DNA from: Elusimicrobiota bacterium
GTDB taxonomy: Bacteria; Elusimicrobiota; Elusimicrobia; UBA1565; UBA9628
Length of the DNA: 38,607 nt
Direction of reading: 5' to 3'
Assembly: GCA_023700845.1 (NCBI GenBank)
Contig: JAMPYD010000002.1
Span: 1 to 38,607, forward strand
Every line of letters starts with the position of its first letter. The first letter of the stretch is position 1. Below, piece after piece: positions 9,649-18,180 of the stretch. Both the position numbers and the translations under genes were made by a program. The notes beneath the pieces are model-generated. The model was not told the DNA's origin, searched no databases, and saw nothing but the letters and a program-made list of their open reading frames with translations.

Positions 9649-10905
9649 CTAGAGGGTCGAGCGCCCGTCGCCGACGAGCTGGGGGGTCTGGTCGCGGTTG
9701 TCGCGCCGGGCGGCGTCGCGCACCTTCGGCGAGAGCGTGTCGAAGAGCTCCTTGAACGTCGCCTTGCCGCCGCGGGCGTTGAGCGCCTTCAGCAGGTGAT
9801 AGGTGAACAGCCCGTGGCCGGAGGCTTCGTCGGAGCCCGTCATCTCGTCGGAGGCCGAGGCGGTCAAAGCGCCCACCCGGCCGGCGGAGCCGCCGCCGTC
9901 GTCCACCTTGGAGACCAGGGGGCGCAGGCCCTTGCCGATGACCGAGCGGGGCCCGGCGCCGGAGAAGCAGGCGTCCATCGCGACGAGGACCCGGCGGGCC
10001 TTGAGGGCGTTGAGCTTCGCGTAGAGTCGCTTGACCGGATAGCCCGTCGATTCGGTGTACTTGGCGTCGGCGTCCCACGGCATCAGGTAGGCATCGCCCT
10101 TCTCCGGGTCCGGCGCGCCGTGGCCGGAGAAGAAGAACAGCACGGTCGAGCGCTCGTCGGTGTTGCGCGGCAGCCAGGCCTCGAGGTACTTCTCGAGGGC
10201 GGATTTCCCGGCCTGCTGGTCGATGAGGGAGACGATGTTGCGCTCGGGGTAGCCCGCGGCCAAGAGGTGCGCCTTGACGGAGCGGACGTCGCGAGCGGCG
10301 TGCTCGGCCTTGGGGATGGACTGGTAGTTCTCGACGCCGACGACGACGGCGAACTTGTGCTCGTCCTCGGGCAGACGGAACGACGGGTCCTCGACGTCGG
10401 AGCGGAAGGCGGGCGCGGCGGGCGGCGCGGGGGCCGCGGCCGGAGCGGCGGCCGTCGCGGCGGCGGGCCGGCCGCCGGATTTGGCGGCCATCAGCCTCTT
10501 GTAGAGCTCCGTCTGGGCGCCGAACTCGGCCGTCAGGTGCTTGGCGATGTCCTTGTTGAAGTTGAACGGGCTGGCGAGGCCCGTCGTGAGGAGGCGATGA
10601 TTGCGGGCGTCGATGGTCTGGATGGTCCAATTGAAGGCCCCGGGCTTCAGCCGCACGATGATGTCGGCGTCGCCGGGCTCGCTCTCGTTGAACAGCGAGA
10701 CGGTCTGGAAGCCCGTGAGGGCGCCGATCGAGCTGGCGGTGTTGTCGCGGCGCGGGTCTCCGCCCCGCCGGCCTTCCGGGATGGCGAAGGAGAGGCTGTT
10801 CGGGTCGACCTGGATCTTGAGCGTGGGGGGCGTGCCCAGCGGCGCGCAGCCGGCGAGATAAGGGAGGAGCAGCGCGAGCCCGACGAGGAGAAGGGGGGAG
10901 TTCAT
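9649..10905 (-). CDS. Caspase-like (peptidase C14) lipoprotein
   Basis: 418 aa. Lipobox LLPYLAG-C (Cys20). About 130-aa N-terminal domain, then an Ala/Pro linker (AAATAAAPAAAPAPPAAPA). C14 domain with His in FFFSGHGAP (His262) and Cys in VAMDACFSGAG (Cys313). Confidence 0.85.
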   Translation of the reverse strand: MNSPLLLVGLALLLPYLAGCAPLGTPPTLKIQVDPNSLSFAIPEGRRGGDPRRDNTASSIGALTGFQTVSLFNESEPGDADIIVRLKPGAFNWTIQTIDARNHRLLTTGLASPFNFNKDIAKHLTAEFGAQTELYKRLMAAKSGGRPAAATAAAPAAAPAPPAAPAFRSDVEDPSFRLPEDEHKFAVVVGVENYQSIPKAEHAARDVRSVKAHLLAAGYPERNIVSLIDQQAGKSALEKYLEAWLPRNTDERSTVLFFFSGHGAPDPEKGDAYLMPWDADAKYTESTGYPVKRLYAKLNALKARRVLVAMDACFSGAGPRSVIGKGLRPLVSKVDDGGGSAGRVGALTASASDEMTGSDEASGHGLFTYHLLKALNARGGKATFKELFDTLSPKVRDAARRDNRDQTPQLVGDGRSTL

Positions 10906-10911
10906 GCCCCC

Positions 10912-10917
10912 AGTATA
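10912..10917 (-). promoter_or_regulatory. -10-like TATACT, 6 nt upstream of ATG 10905 (caspase-like gene)
   Basis: Minus strand reads TATACT-gggggc-ATG. Confidence 0.45.
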
Positions 10918-10954
10918 GCGGAACTTCGCTAAATTCGCATCAGGAAAATGACGC

Positions 10955-13900
10955 TCAGTCGCCTTCGCCGGGCGCCGGCATGGCGAGGGCTTCCTTGACC
11001 TCGGCGCGCCGGCCGGCGTGCACGCTCGACTCGAGGCGCGTGAAGAGGCTGTAGGCGCAGGGGACGACGTACAGCGTCATCAAGGTCGAGATCAAGGTCC
11101 CGCCGATCACCGCGACGCCCATCGGCGCGCGCAGCTCCGCGCCCGGCCCCAGGACGAGGGCGGCCGGCACGGCGCCGGCGACGATCGCCAGCGAGGTCAT
11201 CAGGATGGGCCTCAGGCGCAGGGGGCAGGCCTTGAGCAGGGCCGGGCCGACGGCGAGCCCCGCGTCGCGCTGATGGTTCGTGAACTCGACGAGGAGGATC
11301 GAGTTCTTCTTGACGATGCCCATGAGCAGCAGGATGCCGATCATGCTCATCATGTTCAGGGAGTGGTCGAACAGCCACAGCGCCGCGAGCGCGCCCGAGA
11401 GGCTGAAGGGCAGGGCGAGCATGATGGTGAACGGGTGGATGAAGCTGTCGAACTGAGCGCCGAGGATCATGTAGGCGATCACGACGCCGAGCAGCAGGGC
11501 CAGGATCAGCTCGCGGAAGGAGTCCTGGAACTGCTGGGAGCTGCCCGTCGCCGTCACGGTGTAGCCGTCGGGCAGGAGCTCCCTGGCCAAGGTGCTCGCG
11601 GCCTTGATCGCGTCCGCCTGCGACTTGCCGGGGGCGACGTTGCCGAACACGGTCACGGCGCGCTGACGGTCCTCGCGCTGGACCGAGAGCAAGGTCGGCT
11701 TGTTGACGATGGTCGTGACCTCCGACAGGGGGACGAGCTCGCCCCGGACGTTGCGCACCCACAGGCTCGAGATGTCGCCCTGCCCCTTGCGCTGCGCGTC
11801 GGCGAGGCTGACGCGGATGTCGTAGCGGCGGCCGCCCTTGGTGTATTTGCCGACCCGCACGCCGCCCACGGTGGAGTTGATCGTGCGCGCGATGGCGGCC
11901 ACGGTGACGCCGCGGCTGGCGGCCTTCTCCCGGTCGGGGATGACGCGCACCTCGGGGACGCCGACGCGGTAGCTCGTGTCCATGTCCACGGCGAGCCCGG
12001 AGTCGTGCAGCTTCGCGCTCAGCGCCTCGGCGAGCTCGCCGAGCTTGTCCCAGTCGGGCCCGCGCACGGAGAGCTCGATCGGGAAGCCGCGGCCGCCGCC
12101 CGTGGCGATGGTCTGGGAGCGGTCCTGCAGCGCCACGCGGCTGACGCCGGGGATCTTGCGGAACTCTTTTCTGATCACGTCCATGAACTCCTGCTGGGTC
12201 ACGGGACGGTTCTTGCCCTCGGCGCGCGGGCGGTCCTTGGGCTCCTTCATCGTGACGAAGAGGTTCCCGGTGTTGACCTCGCCGCCCTGGAAGCCGCCGA
12301 CGCTGCCGAAGTACTTGAGCAGCTCGGGGCGCGCCTGCATCATGGCCTCGGCCTTGCGGAACACCTCGTCGGTCATCGCGAGCGAGGAGCCCGGCGGGGT
12401 CTGGTAGCGCACGGTGAAGGTCCCCTGGTCCTGCGGGGGGGACATCTCGCGCCGCAGCCTGCCCGCGAGGCCGAGAGACCCGGCGAACAGCAGCACGGCG
12501 GCGCCGAGGACGGACCACCGGAACCCCAGCGCCCGCTCCAGCGTGCGCGCGTAGAGGGCGGTGAGGCCCTGCATGAAGCGGTCCACGGCCTTGCCGAGTC
12601 GGGTCGTGTGGCCGACCTCGAGGAAGCGGCTGCAGCGCATCGGCGCCAAGGTGACCGCCTCCAGGAGCGAGAAGGCGACGGCGACCGAGATCGTGACGCC
12701 GAACTCGAAGAAGAACTTGCCGATGATGCCCTTCATGAAGGCGACGGGCAGGAAGATCGCCATGACCGCGCTCGAGATGACGATGACCGAGAAGGTGATC
12801 TCGCGCGCGCCGTGGACCGCGGCCTTCACGAGCGGCAGGCCCTCCTCGCGGTGCCGGGCGATGTTCTCGAGCACGACGATGGCGTCGTCGACGACGATGC
12901 CGATGACGAGGGAGATGGCCATCAAGGTGATGGTGTTCAAGGTGAAGCCCAGGAAGTACATGACGAGCAAGGTGCCGCCGAGGGCGGTCGGGATCGCGAG
13001 GACCACGTTGAGCGTCGAGCTCCAGGAGCCCAGGAAGAGCCAGCAGACGATCGAGGTCAGCAGGACCGCGAGCACCAAGGTCGTGATCAGCTCGTGGATG
13101 GTGTCCTCGATGAACTTCGTCGTGTCGAAGTTGACGCCGATCCTGACGCCCTCGGGCAAGGTCTTCCGGATCTCCTCGATCTCGGCCTTGACGGCGTGCG
13201 CGAGCGCCACGGTGTTGGCGCCGCGCTGCTTGCGGATGCCCATGCCGATCGAGGTCTCGCCGTTGACGCGCGAGATGCGGCGGACGTCGGCGAGGCCCTC
13301 CTCGATGTCGGCGATGTCCGAGATGCGGATCGTCTTCCAGACGATGCCTCCGCCGCCCACCCGCTGCGGAATGGTGATGCGGCCGAACTCGTCGACGGTG
13401 GACGCCTCTCCCATGACGCGGACGTTGTGCTCGAGCTCGGAGGTCTGCAGCACGCCGCCCGGCATCTCGCTGTGCTGCGTCTCCACGGCGTTGACGACGT
13501 CGTCGACCGTGATCTGCAGGTCGCGCATCTTCTCGCGCTTGAGCCACACGCGCAGGTTCGGCTCGGTGAAGCCCATCAGGCTGATCTCGCCCGCGCCGGG
13601 CAAGGTCTGGAAGCGGTCCACGAGCCGGTCGCGCACGTAGGTCGTCAGCTCCCGGTAGGGGCGGGTGCCGGAGACGCCGACGAACATGATCGGCTGGTCC
13701 TCGGGATTGACCTTCTGGATGACCGGGGTGTCCATCTCCCGGGGGAGGTTGCGCTGCGCCTGGGCGATCTTGGTCTGCACCTCCTGGACGGCCACGTCGA
13801 TGTCCTTCTCCAGGTTGAACTCGGCGGTGATGTTGGCGGAGCCGAAGCGGGTCGTCGAGCGGATCTTGCCGATGCCCTCGACCGTCATCAGCGCCTCTTC

Positions 13901-14101
13901 GATGGGGTCGATGACCTCGTTCTCCATGACCTCGGGCGCGGCGCCCTCCCACGACAGCCGCACGTTGACGACGGGGGAGTCGACGTCAGGGTTCTGCGAG
14001 ACGCCGAGGCGCATGAACGACAGGCCTCCGAACAGCAGGAGGGAGATCATGATCATCCAGGCGAAGACCGGCTTCTTGATGGCGAGGTCGGATAGGGTCA
14101 C
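10955..14101 (-). CDS. RND efflux transporter (AcrB/HAE-type inner-membrane pump)
   Basis: 1048 aa. N-terminus MTLSDLAIKKPVFAWMIMISLLLFGGLSF, 12-TM/two-large-loop layout, VVDDAIVVLENI motif. GTG start overlapping the OMF stop (GTGA). Confidence 0.95.
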   Translation of the reverse strand: MTLSDLAIKKPVFAWMIMISLLLFGGLSFMRLGVSQNPDVDSPVVNVRLSWEGAAPEVMENEVIDPIEEALMTVEGIGKIRSTTRFGSANITAEFNLEKDIDVAVQEVQTKIAQAQRNLPREMDTPVIQKVNPEDQPIMFVGVSGTRPYRELTTYVRDRLVDRFQTLPGAGEISLMGFTEPNLRVWLKREKMRDLQITVDDVVNAVETQHSEMPGGVLQTSELEHNVRVMGEASTVDEFGRITIPQRVGGGGIVWKTIRISDIADIEEGLADVRRISRVNGETSIGMGIRKQRGANTVALAHAVKAEIEEIRKTLPEGVRIGVNFDTTKFIEDTIHELITTLVLAVLLTSIVCWLFLGSWSSTLNVVLAIPTALGGTLLVMYFLGFTLNTITLMAISLVIGIVVDDAIVVLENIARHREEGLPLVKAAVHGAREITFSVIVISSAVMAIFLPVAFMKGIIGKFFFEFGVTISVAVAFSLLEAVTLAPMRCSRFLEVGHTTRLGKAVDRFMQGLTALYARTLERALGFRWSVLGAAVLLFAGSLGLAGRLRREMSPPQDQGTFTVRYQTPPGSSLAMTDEVFRKAEAMMQARPELLKYFGSVGGFQGGEVNTGNLFVTMKEPKDRPRAEGKNRPVTQQEFMDVIRKEFRKIPGVSRVALQDRSQTIATGGGRGFPIELSVRGPDWDKLGELAEALSAKLHDSGLAVDMDTSYRVGVPEVRVIPDREKAASRGVTVAAIARTINSTVGGVRVGKYTKGGRRYDIRVSLADAQRKGQGDISSLWVRNVRGELVPLSEVTTIVNKPTLLSVQREDRQRAVTVFGNVAPGKSQADAIKAASTLARELLPDGYTVTATGSSQQFQDSFRELILALLLGVVIAYMILGAQFDSFIHPFTIMLALPFSLSGALAALWLFDHSLNMMSMIGILLLMGIVKKNSILLVEFTNHQRDAGLAVGPALLKACPLRLRPILMTSLAIVAGAVPAALVLGPGAELRAPMGVAVIGGTLISTLMTLYVVPCAYSLFTRLESSVHAGRRAEVKEALAMPAPGEGD

Positions 14102-15381
14102 TTGAGGATCTCCTCGGGCGCGGCGCCGGCGGCGGTCTCGAGCGCGATCGCGGCCAGGCGGGCCTGGACCAGCGCGTCGTTGAAGGCGAGGCCGGAGATG
14201 TTCAGGCGGTCGAGCGATTGGAGGACCTCGATCGAGGTCACGAGCCCGCGCCGTTCGTCGGCGGACTGCAGGCGGTAGTCTCGGCGGGCGAGCTCGCCGC
14301 TCCGGCGCTGGATCTCGAGCTGGCGCGCCGCGGACGTGAAGTCGCGGTGGGCGTTGCGCGCGTCGAGGTCGGCGGCGCGCCGCGCGGCGCGCAGGACGAG
14401 CTCCTCGCGCTCATGGCGGGCGCGCGCGGAGTCCGTCGCGGCGCGGTTGGCGCCGAAGGCGAAGAGCGGGAGGCTCACCGTCGCCGACGCGTCCCACTTG
14501 TTGTTCTCCCGCGCGGGCGGCCGGTACCCGTAGTAGTTGCCCTGCAGCCCGACCTCGGGGAAATAGCCTCCGCGGGCGACGTCGACGCCGTGGGCGGCGG
14601 CCTGGGCCGCGTCGCGCGCGGCGGCGACGTCGGGGCGCGACTCGAGCCGTTCGAGGTAGCGGTCCACGGGGGGCGCGGCGGGAAGGGCGCCGGTGGAGAG
14701 GGAGACGGGCGAGACGGGCGCGCGCACCAGGAAGGCCAGGAACTCCCCGCGCGCCTGCACCTGGCGGCGGCTCTCCTCGAGCTGGGAGTGCAGCGCCTGG
14801 GATTGGACCTCCTGGGCCAGGGCGTCGGCCTCGCGCGCGCGCCCCACCCGCACGCGGTCCTTGATCTCGGCGAGGCGCTTGTCGGCGAGCGCGAGCAGCT
14901 GGCTCGTCGCCTCGGCGTTCTCCCGGGCCTGCACCACGCCGTAGTAGGCGCCGGCGACGTCCAGCAGCAGCAGCTGCTCGGCGCGGCGGCGCTCGTGCTC
15001 ACGCTGCGCCAAGGCGGACTTGCTCGCCTTGACGGCGGCGAGCTCGCGGTAGCCGGTGAGGCCGGTCTTGCTCAGGCGCAGCATGCCTTCGTTCTGAGCG
15101 CGCTGGCTGCCCCCGAGCTGGGAGCCCCCGACGCGGCGGTCCTGGACGTCGGTGACGTGGCGCGCGGACAGCACGGGGAAGGACCCGCCGAGCGCCGCCC
15201 GGCGCAGGGCCTCGGCCTCGGCTATGGTCTTCTCGCTGATCGCGACGGCGTCGCTGTTCTCGAGGGCGGCGAGGTAGGCCTCGCGCAAGGTGCGCACGGG
15301 CGGCTCCGCCTGGGCGGCCGCGAGGGCGGGGCACAGGAGCAAGGCGAGGGCGAGATGTCTGGGCATGAGCGGGGTCCTCAT
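14098..15381 (-). CDS. Outer-membrane efflux protein (TolC/OMF family)
   Basis: 427 aa. Signal peptide MRTPLMPRHLALALLLCPALAAAQA, OEP repeats. ATGA overlap with the upstream unknown ORF. Confidence 0.88.
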   Translation of the reverse strand: MRTPLMPRHLALALLLCPALAAAQAEPPVRTLREAYLAALENSDAVAISEKTIAEAEALRRAALGGSFPVLSARHVTDVQDRRVGGSQLGGSQRAQNEGMLRLSKTGLTGYRELAAVKASKSALAQREHERRRAEQLLLLDVAGAYYGVVQARENAEATSQLLALADKRLAEIKDRVRVGRAREADALAQEVQSQALHSQLEESRRQVQARGEFLAFLVRAPVSPVSLSTGALPAAPPVDRYLERLESRPDVAAARDAAQAAAHGVDVARGGYFPEVGLQGNYYGYRPPARENNKWDASATVSLPLFAFGANRAATDSARARHEREELVLRAARRAADLDARNAHRDFTSAARQLEIQRRSGELARRDYRLQSADERRGLVTSIEVLQSLDRLNISGLAFNDALVQARLAAIALETAAGAAPEEILK

Positions 15382-16472
15382 TTAGACGCCTTACGGGGCT
15401 CGAAAGTGTCGCGGAGCTTGGCCGCGCGGTTGGCCCATTGCGCCTCGAAGCGCTCCTGAGAGACGTCCATCGCCGCCTTCAGGGGACCCGACTCGAGCAT
15501 GCGCTGGTCCTTGGCGGGCAGGAGCTTGCCGAGCGCGCGCCGGCCGCCCGGATAGACCTCGAGTATGCCGGCCAGCGCGCGAGCGTAGCCGGCGGGCTCG
15601 TGCATGCGCGTCCAGCCGTCGGTGAGCGCGCGCACGGCCTCGGCGATCTCCTCCGGGGACAAGGCCGGGTGGCGGCCCACGCGGCGGCCCCAATCGTCGA
15701 AGAACGGCCCGACGGGCAGCAGCAGGTCGGCCGACTTCCTGAGCCCCTTGGCGGCGCGCAGCGGATAGTGGCGGTGGTTGTCGGCGCCCATGTGCTTCTG
15801 ATGGATGAGCCCCGCCCGCCCGAGGCGGCCGCCGAAGAGGGGAGAGCCCGGCTTGGCGGCGTCATAAAGGGAAACGCGCATGGGATCGCCCGGCTTGAGC
15901 TCCCATTGGTCGGCGACGCGGTCGAGGTCGCCGAAGTTGTGGGCGATCAGCGCGGAGGACTTGAGCAGCTCGATCGGGCCGGCGGCCGCGGCGTAGGCCC
16001 GGTCCTCCCGGGCCGCCTCGCCCGTCATCGCGTCGAGGACGATGGTCGACAGCGCGGGCCGCGCCTCGAGGCAGGCGGCGTAGGCGCCGACGGCGACGGA
16101 GAACCAGGTGCCTTCGTGCGTCGAGAGGCGCCGGTCTCCCGCGCCGGTGATCTTGGCCGTGACCGGAGCGTAGTCCCAGGACAGCGATTCGAGCACGAGC
16201 TTCGCCTGCTCCTCGACGAGGCCGGGCTGGACGTCCTGCCAGTGCTTCCAACGGATGCCGTTGTCGACGTCGGTCGGCACGAAGCTCCCGGCCGTCGCCC
16301 AATGCGCGCACAGGCACAGCTCGTAATACCGCAGGGCGTCGAGCGCGCGCCCGTCGTAGGCGCGCAGGACGCGGAGGTAGCGGAGGGAAGGCCCCTCGGG
16401 CTCGTTCCCGGTGAACAGGAAAGGCGCCGCCATGCGGACCTGCTCGATGAGCAAGGACGGGACGATGGACAC
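15378..16472 (-). CDS. Hypothetical soluble protein (364 aa), no recognisable family
   Basis: GTG start 2 nt after the rmlC stop. Balanced composition with W/Y/H/K/F, unlike the Arg/Gly-rich antisense ORF 15438..16478. No signal peptide or TM. Features CLCAHW and HQKHMGADNHRHYPL. Confidence 0.65.
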   Translation of the reverse strand: MSIVPSLLIEQVRMAAPFLFTGNEPEGPSLRYLRVLRAYDGRALDALRYYELCLCAHWATAGSFVPTDVDNGIRWKHWQDVQPGLVEEQAKLVLESLSWDYAPVTAKITGAGDRRLSTHEGTWFSVAVGAYAACLEARPALSTIVLDAMTGEAAREDRAYAAAAGPIELLKSSALIAHNFGDLDRVADQWELKPGDPMRVSLYDAAKPGSPLFGGRLGRAGLIHQKHMGADNHRHYPLRAAKGLRKSADLLLPVGPFFDDWGRRVGRHPALSPEEIAEAVRALTDGWTRMHEPAGYARALAGILEVYPGGRRALGKLLPAKDQRMLESGPLKAAMDVSQERFEAQWANRAAKLRDTFEPRKASK

Positions 16473-16474
16473 GC

Positions 16475-17029
16475 TTAGAAGTGGGGGGCCGCGTCGGCGA
16501 GCAGCGGAAGGGCCGCGTCCTTGGCGGTCACGATCGCGTCGGCAGCGGAGACTGGCCAGGCGATGCCGAGCGCGGGGTCGCTCCAGCGGATGCCGGCGTC
16601 GACCTCCTTGCTCCAGTAGCCGGTGACCTTATAGGTCACGTCCGCGCTGTCCGAGAGGGCGCAGAAGCCGTGGGCGAAGCCGGCGGGCACCCAGAACATG
16701 CGGTTGCCGGAATCGTCGAGCTCGATCGAGGCGGACCTGCCGAACGTCGGGGAGCCGCGCCGGAGGTCCACGACCGCGTCGAAGATCCTTCCGCGCGAGC
16801 AGCGCACCAGCTTGCCGATCGCCCGCGGGGGGATCTGGTAATGCAGCCCGCGCACGACGCCCTTCCTCGAGCGCGACAGGTTGTCCTGGACGAGCGGCGG
16901 CAGGCCGGCCTTGCCCCAGTCGTCGGCGCGGAAGGCCTCGAAGAAGAAGCCCCGCTCATCGGGGAAAAACGGCCCTTCGACCGTGAGAAGTCCGTCGAGG
17001 CCGCCGTAGGGCTTGAAGGTGAGGGGCAT
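16475..17029 (-). CDS. rmlC: dTDP-4-dehydrorhamnose 3,5-epimerase
   Basis: 184 aa. Cupin-fold RmlC motifs: FFPDERGFFFE, RGLHYQ, KLVRCSRGRIFDAVVDLR, WVPAGFAHGF. Confidence 0.9.
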   Translation of the reverse strand: MPLTFKPYGGLDGLLTVEGPFFPDERGFFFEAFRADDWGKAGLPPLVQDNLSRSRKGVVRGLHYQIPPRAIGKLVRCSRGRIFDAVVDLRRGSPTFGRSASIELDDSGNRMFWVPAGFAHGFCALSDSADVTYKVTGYWSKEVDAGIRWSDPALGIAWPVSAADAIVTAKDAALPLLADAAPHF

Positions 17030-17035
17030 GCCCTC

Positions 17036-17041
17036 ATCTTA
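17036..17041 (-). promoter_or_regulatory. -10-like TAAGAT, 6 nt upstream of ATG 17029 (rmlC)
   Basis: Minus strand reads TAAGAT-gagggc-ATG. Confidence 0.4.
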
Positions 17042-17056
17042 CCGATTTCGTGGCCT

Positions 17057-17728
17057 TCAAATCACGAGCTGGTAGCCGTTGCGCGTCGTCGACAGCCTGT
17101 ACCCTTCGGCGCCAAGGTCCGCGCGCAGGCGCTGCACGGTCTTCTCGAGGTCGTTCTTGGCGCCGTCCCGGCCCCAGATCTTGCGCAGCAGGACCTCCCA
17201 TGAGACCTCTCCCTCGCTCTGCAGCAGGTGGAAGAGCACCTCGAAGCGCTTGGGGGGGAGGCTCGCGATCAGGGTCCCGCCGATCCACACCGACTTCGAC
17301 TCCGGCATGATGCGGAATACGCCGCGCTTCCAGACCGCGAACGGCGTCTTGTTCTTGCGCGAGGACAGCACGCGGCGGATGACCTTGAGCAGCTCGTCCA
17401 TCTGCACGGGCTTGCGCAGGTACTCGACCGGGCGCAGGGCCTTGATCTCGCTCTCGAAGAAGTTGGCGTCCGTCGGATAGGCGGTGAGCACGATCACCGG
17501 GATGTCGCGCGTGGCCTTGTTCTTCATCAGCAGCTTGACGACCTCGACGCCGTTGAGCCCCGGGAGCATCATGTCGAGGAGGATCAGGTCGGGGTTGAGC
17601 GAGAGCGCCTTCTCGTGCCCTTCCTTGCCGGTGAAGGCGTAGTGGACCTCGAAGCCCTGGTTGCGCAGGGCGTAGGACAGCAGGTGCTGGAAGTCCGGGT
17701 CGTCCTCGACGCTGAGTATGCGGGGCAT
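17057..17728 (-). CDS. Response regulator, receiver + OmpR/PhoB-type winged-helix domain
   Basis: Trimmed to ATG 17728 (MPRILSVEDDPDF...), 223 aa. Acidic pocket EDD, phospho-acceptor LILLDMMLPG, conserved K in YLRKP. C-terminal wHTH ...LPPKRFEVLFHLLQSEGEVSWEVLLRKIWG...GYQLVI. Confidence 0.85.
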   Translation of the reverse strand: MPRILSVEDDPDFQHLLSYALRNQGFEVHYAFTGKEGHEKALSLNPDLILLDMMLPGLNGVEVVKLLMKNKATRDIPVIVLTAYPTDANFFESEIKALRPVEYLRKPVQMDELLKVIRRVLSSRKNKTPFAVWKRGVFRIMPESKSVWIGGTLIASLPPKRFEVLFHLLQSEGEVSWEVLLRKIWGRDGAKNDLEKTVQRLRADLGAEGYRLSTTRNGYQLVI

Positions 17729-17738
17729 CGGTCCCGGG

Positions 17739-17744
17739 ATTATA
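17739..17744 (-). promoter_or_regulatory. -10 TATAAT, 10 nt upstream of ATG 17728
   Basis: Minus strand reads TATAAT-cccgggaccg-ATG. Confidence 0.4.
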
Positions 17745-17784
17745 CCGGAGCGCTCCCATTCGCGCCCCCAAACTATCTGTGAAC

Positions 17785-18180
17785 TTACAACCCCGGGACC
17801 AGCCGGTCCGCGGCCTCGAGCGCCGCCAGAAGATCGGCCTCCTCGAAAGGCTTGAGCAGGAGCCGGCTCACCCCTTCGGACACGGCCTTCTTCCCGAGGT
17901 CGGGGGACAGCCACGCGGTCATGATGATGGTCACGGTCTCCCGCGTGCGCGGATCCTCGCGCAGGCGGCGGCATAGCTGCCAGCCGTCGACCCGAGGCAT
18001 GGACAGGTCGATCAGCGCGACGTCGGGCCGGAACTGCAGAGCCCGCGCCATGCCCGCCTCGCCGTCGAACGCCACGGCGACCTCGTAGCGCCCGTCCGCG
18101 GCCAGACGCAGGGCCAGAGGCCGGACGAGGTCTTGCTCGTCGTCGACGATCAGGACCTTCTTACGAGCGCGTTTGGGCAT
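17785..18180 (-). CDS. Stand-alone CheY-like receiver protein
   Basis: 131 aa. VLIVDDEQD, VALIDLSMPRVDG, TAW..., LLLKPF. Start overlaps the 3' end of the hybrid kinase by 20 nt. Confidence 0.85.
   Translation of the reverse strand: MPKRARKKVLIVDDEQDLVRPLALRLAADGRYEVAVAFDGEAGMARALQFRPDVALIDLSMPRVDGWQLCRRLREDPRTRETVTIIMTAWLSPDLGKKAVSEGVSRLLLKPFEEADLLAALEAADRLVPGL

Noticed and set aside
10929-14095. 1007-aa minus-strand and 1025-aa plus-strand ORFs overlapping the RND gene
   Set aside because: They are alternative or antisense frames of an unmistakable 1048-aa AcrB-type pump. Their composition is dominated by R/G/P/A/D/H, and stop-free frames are expected at this GC content.
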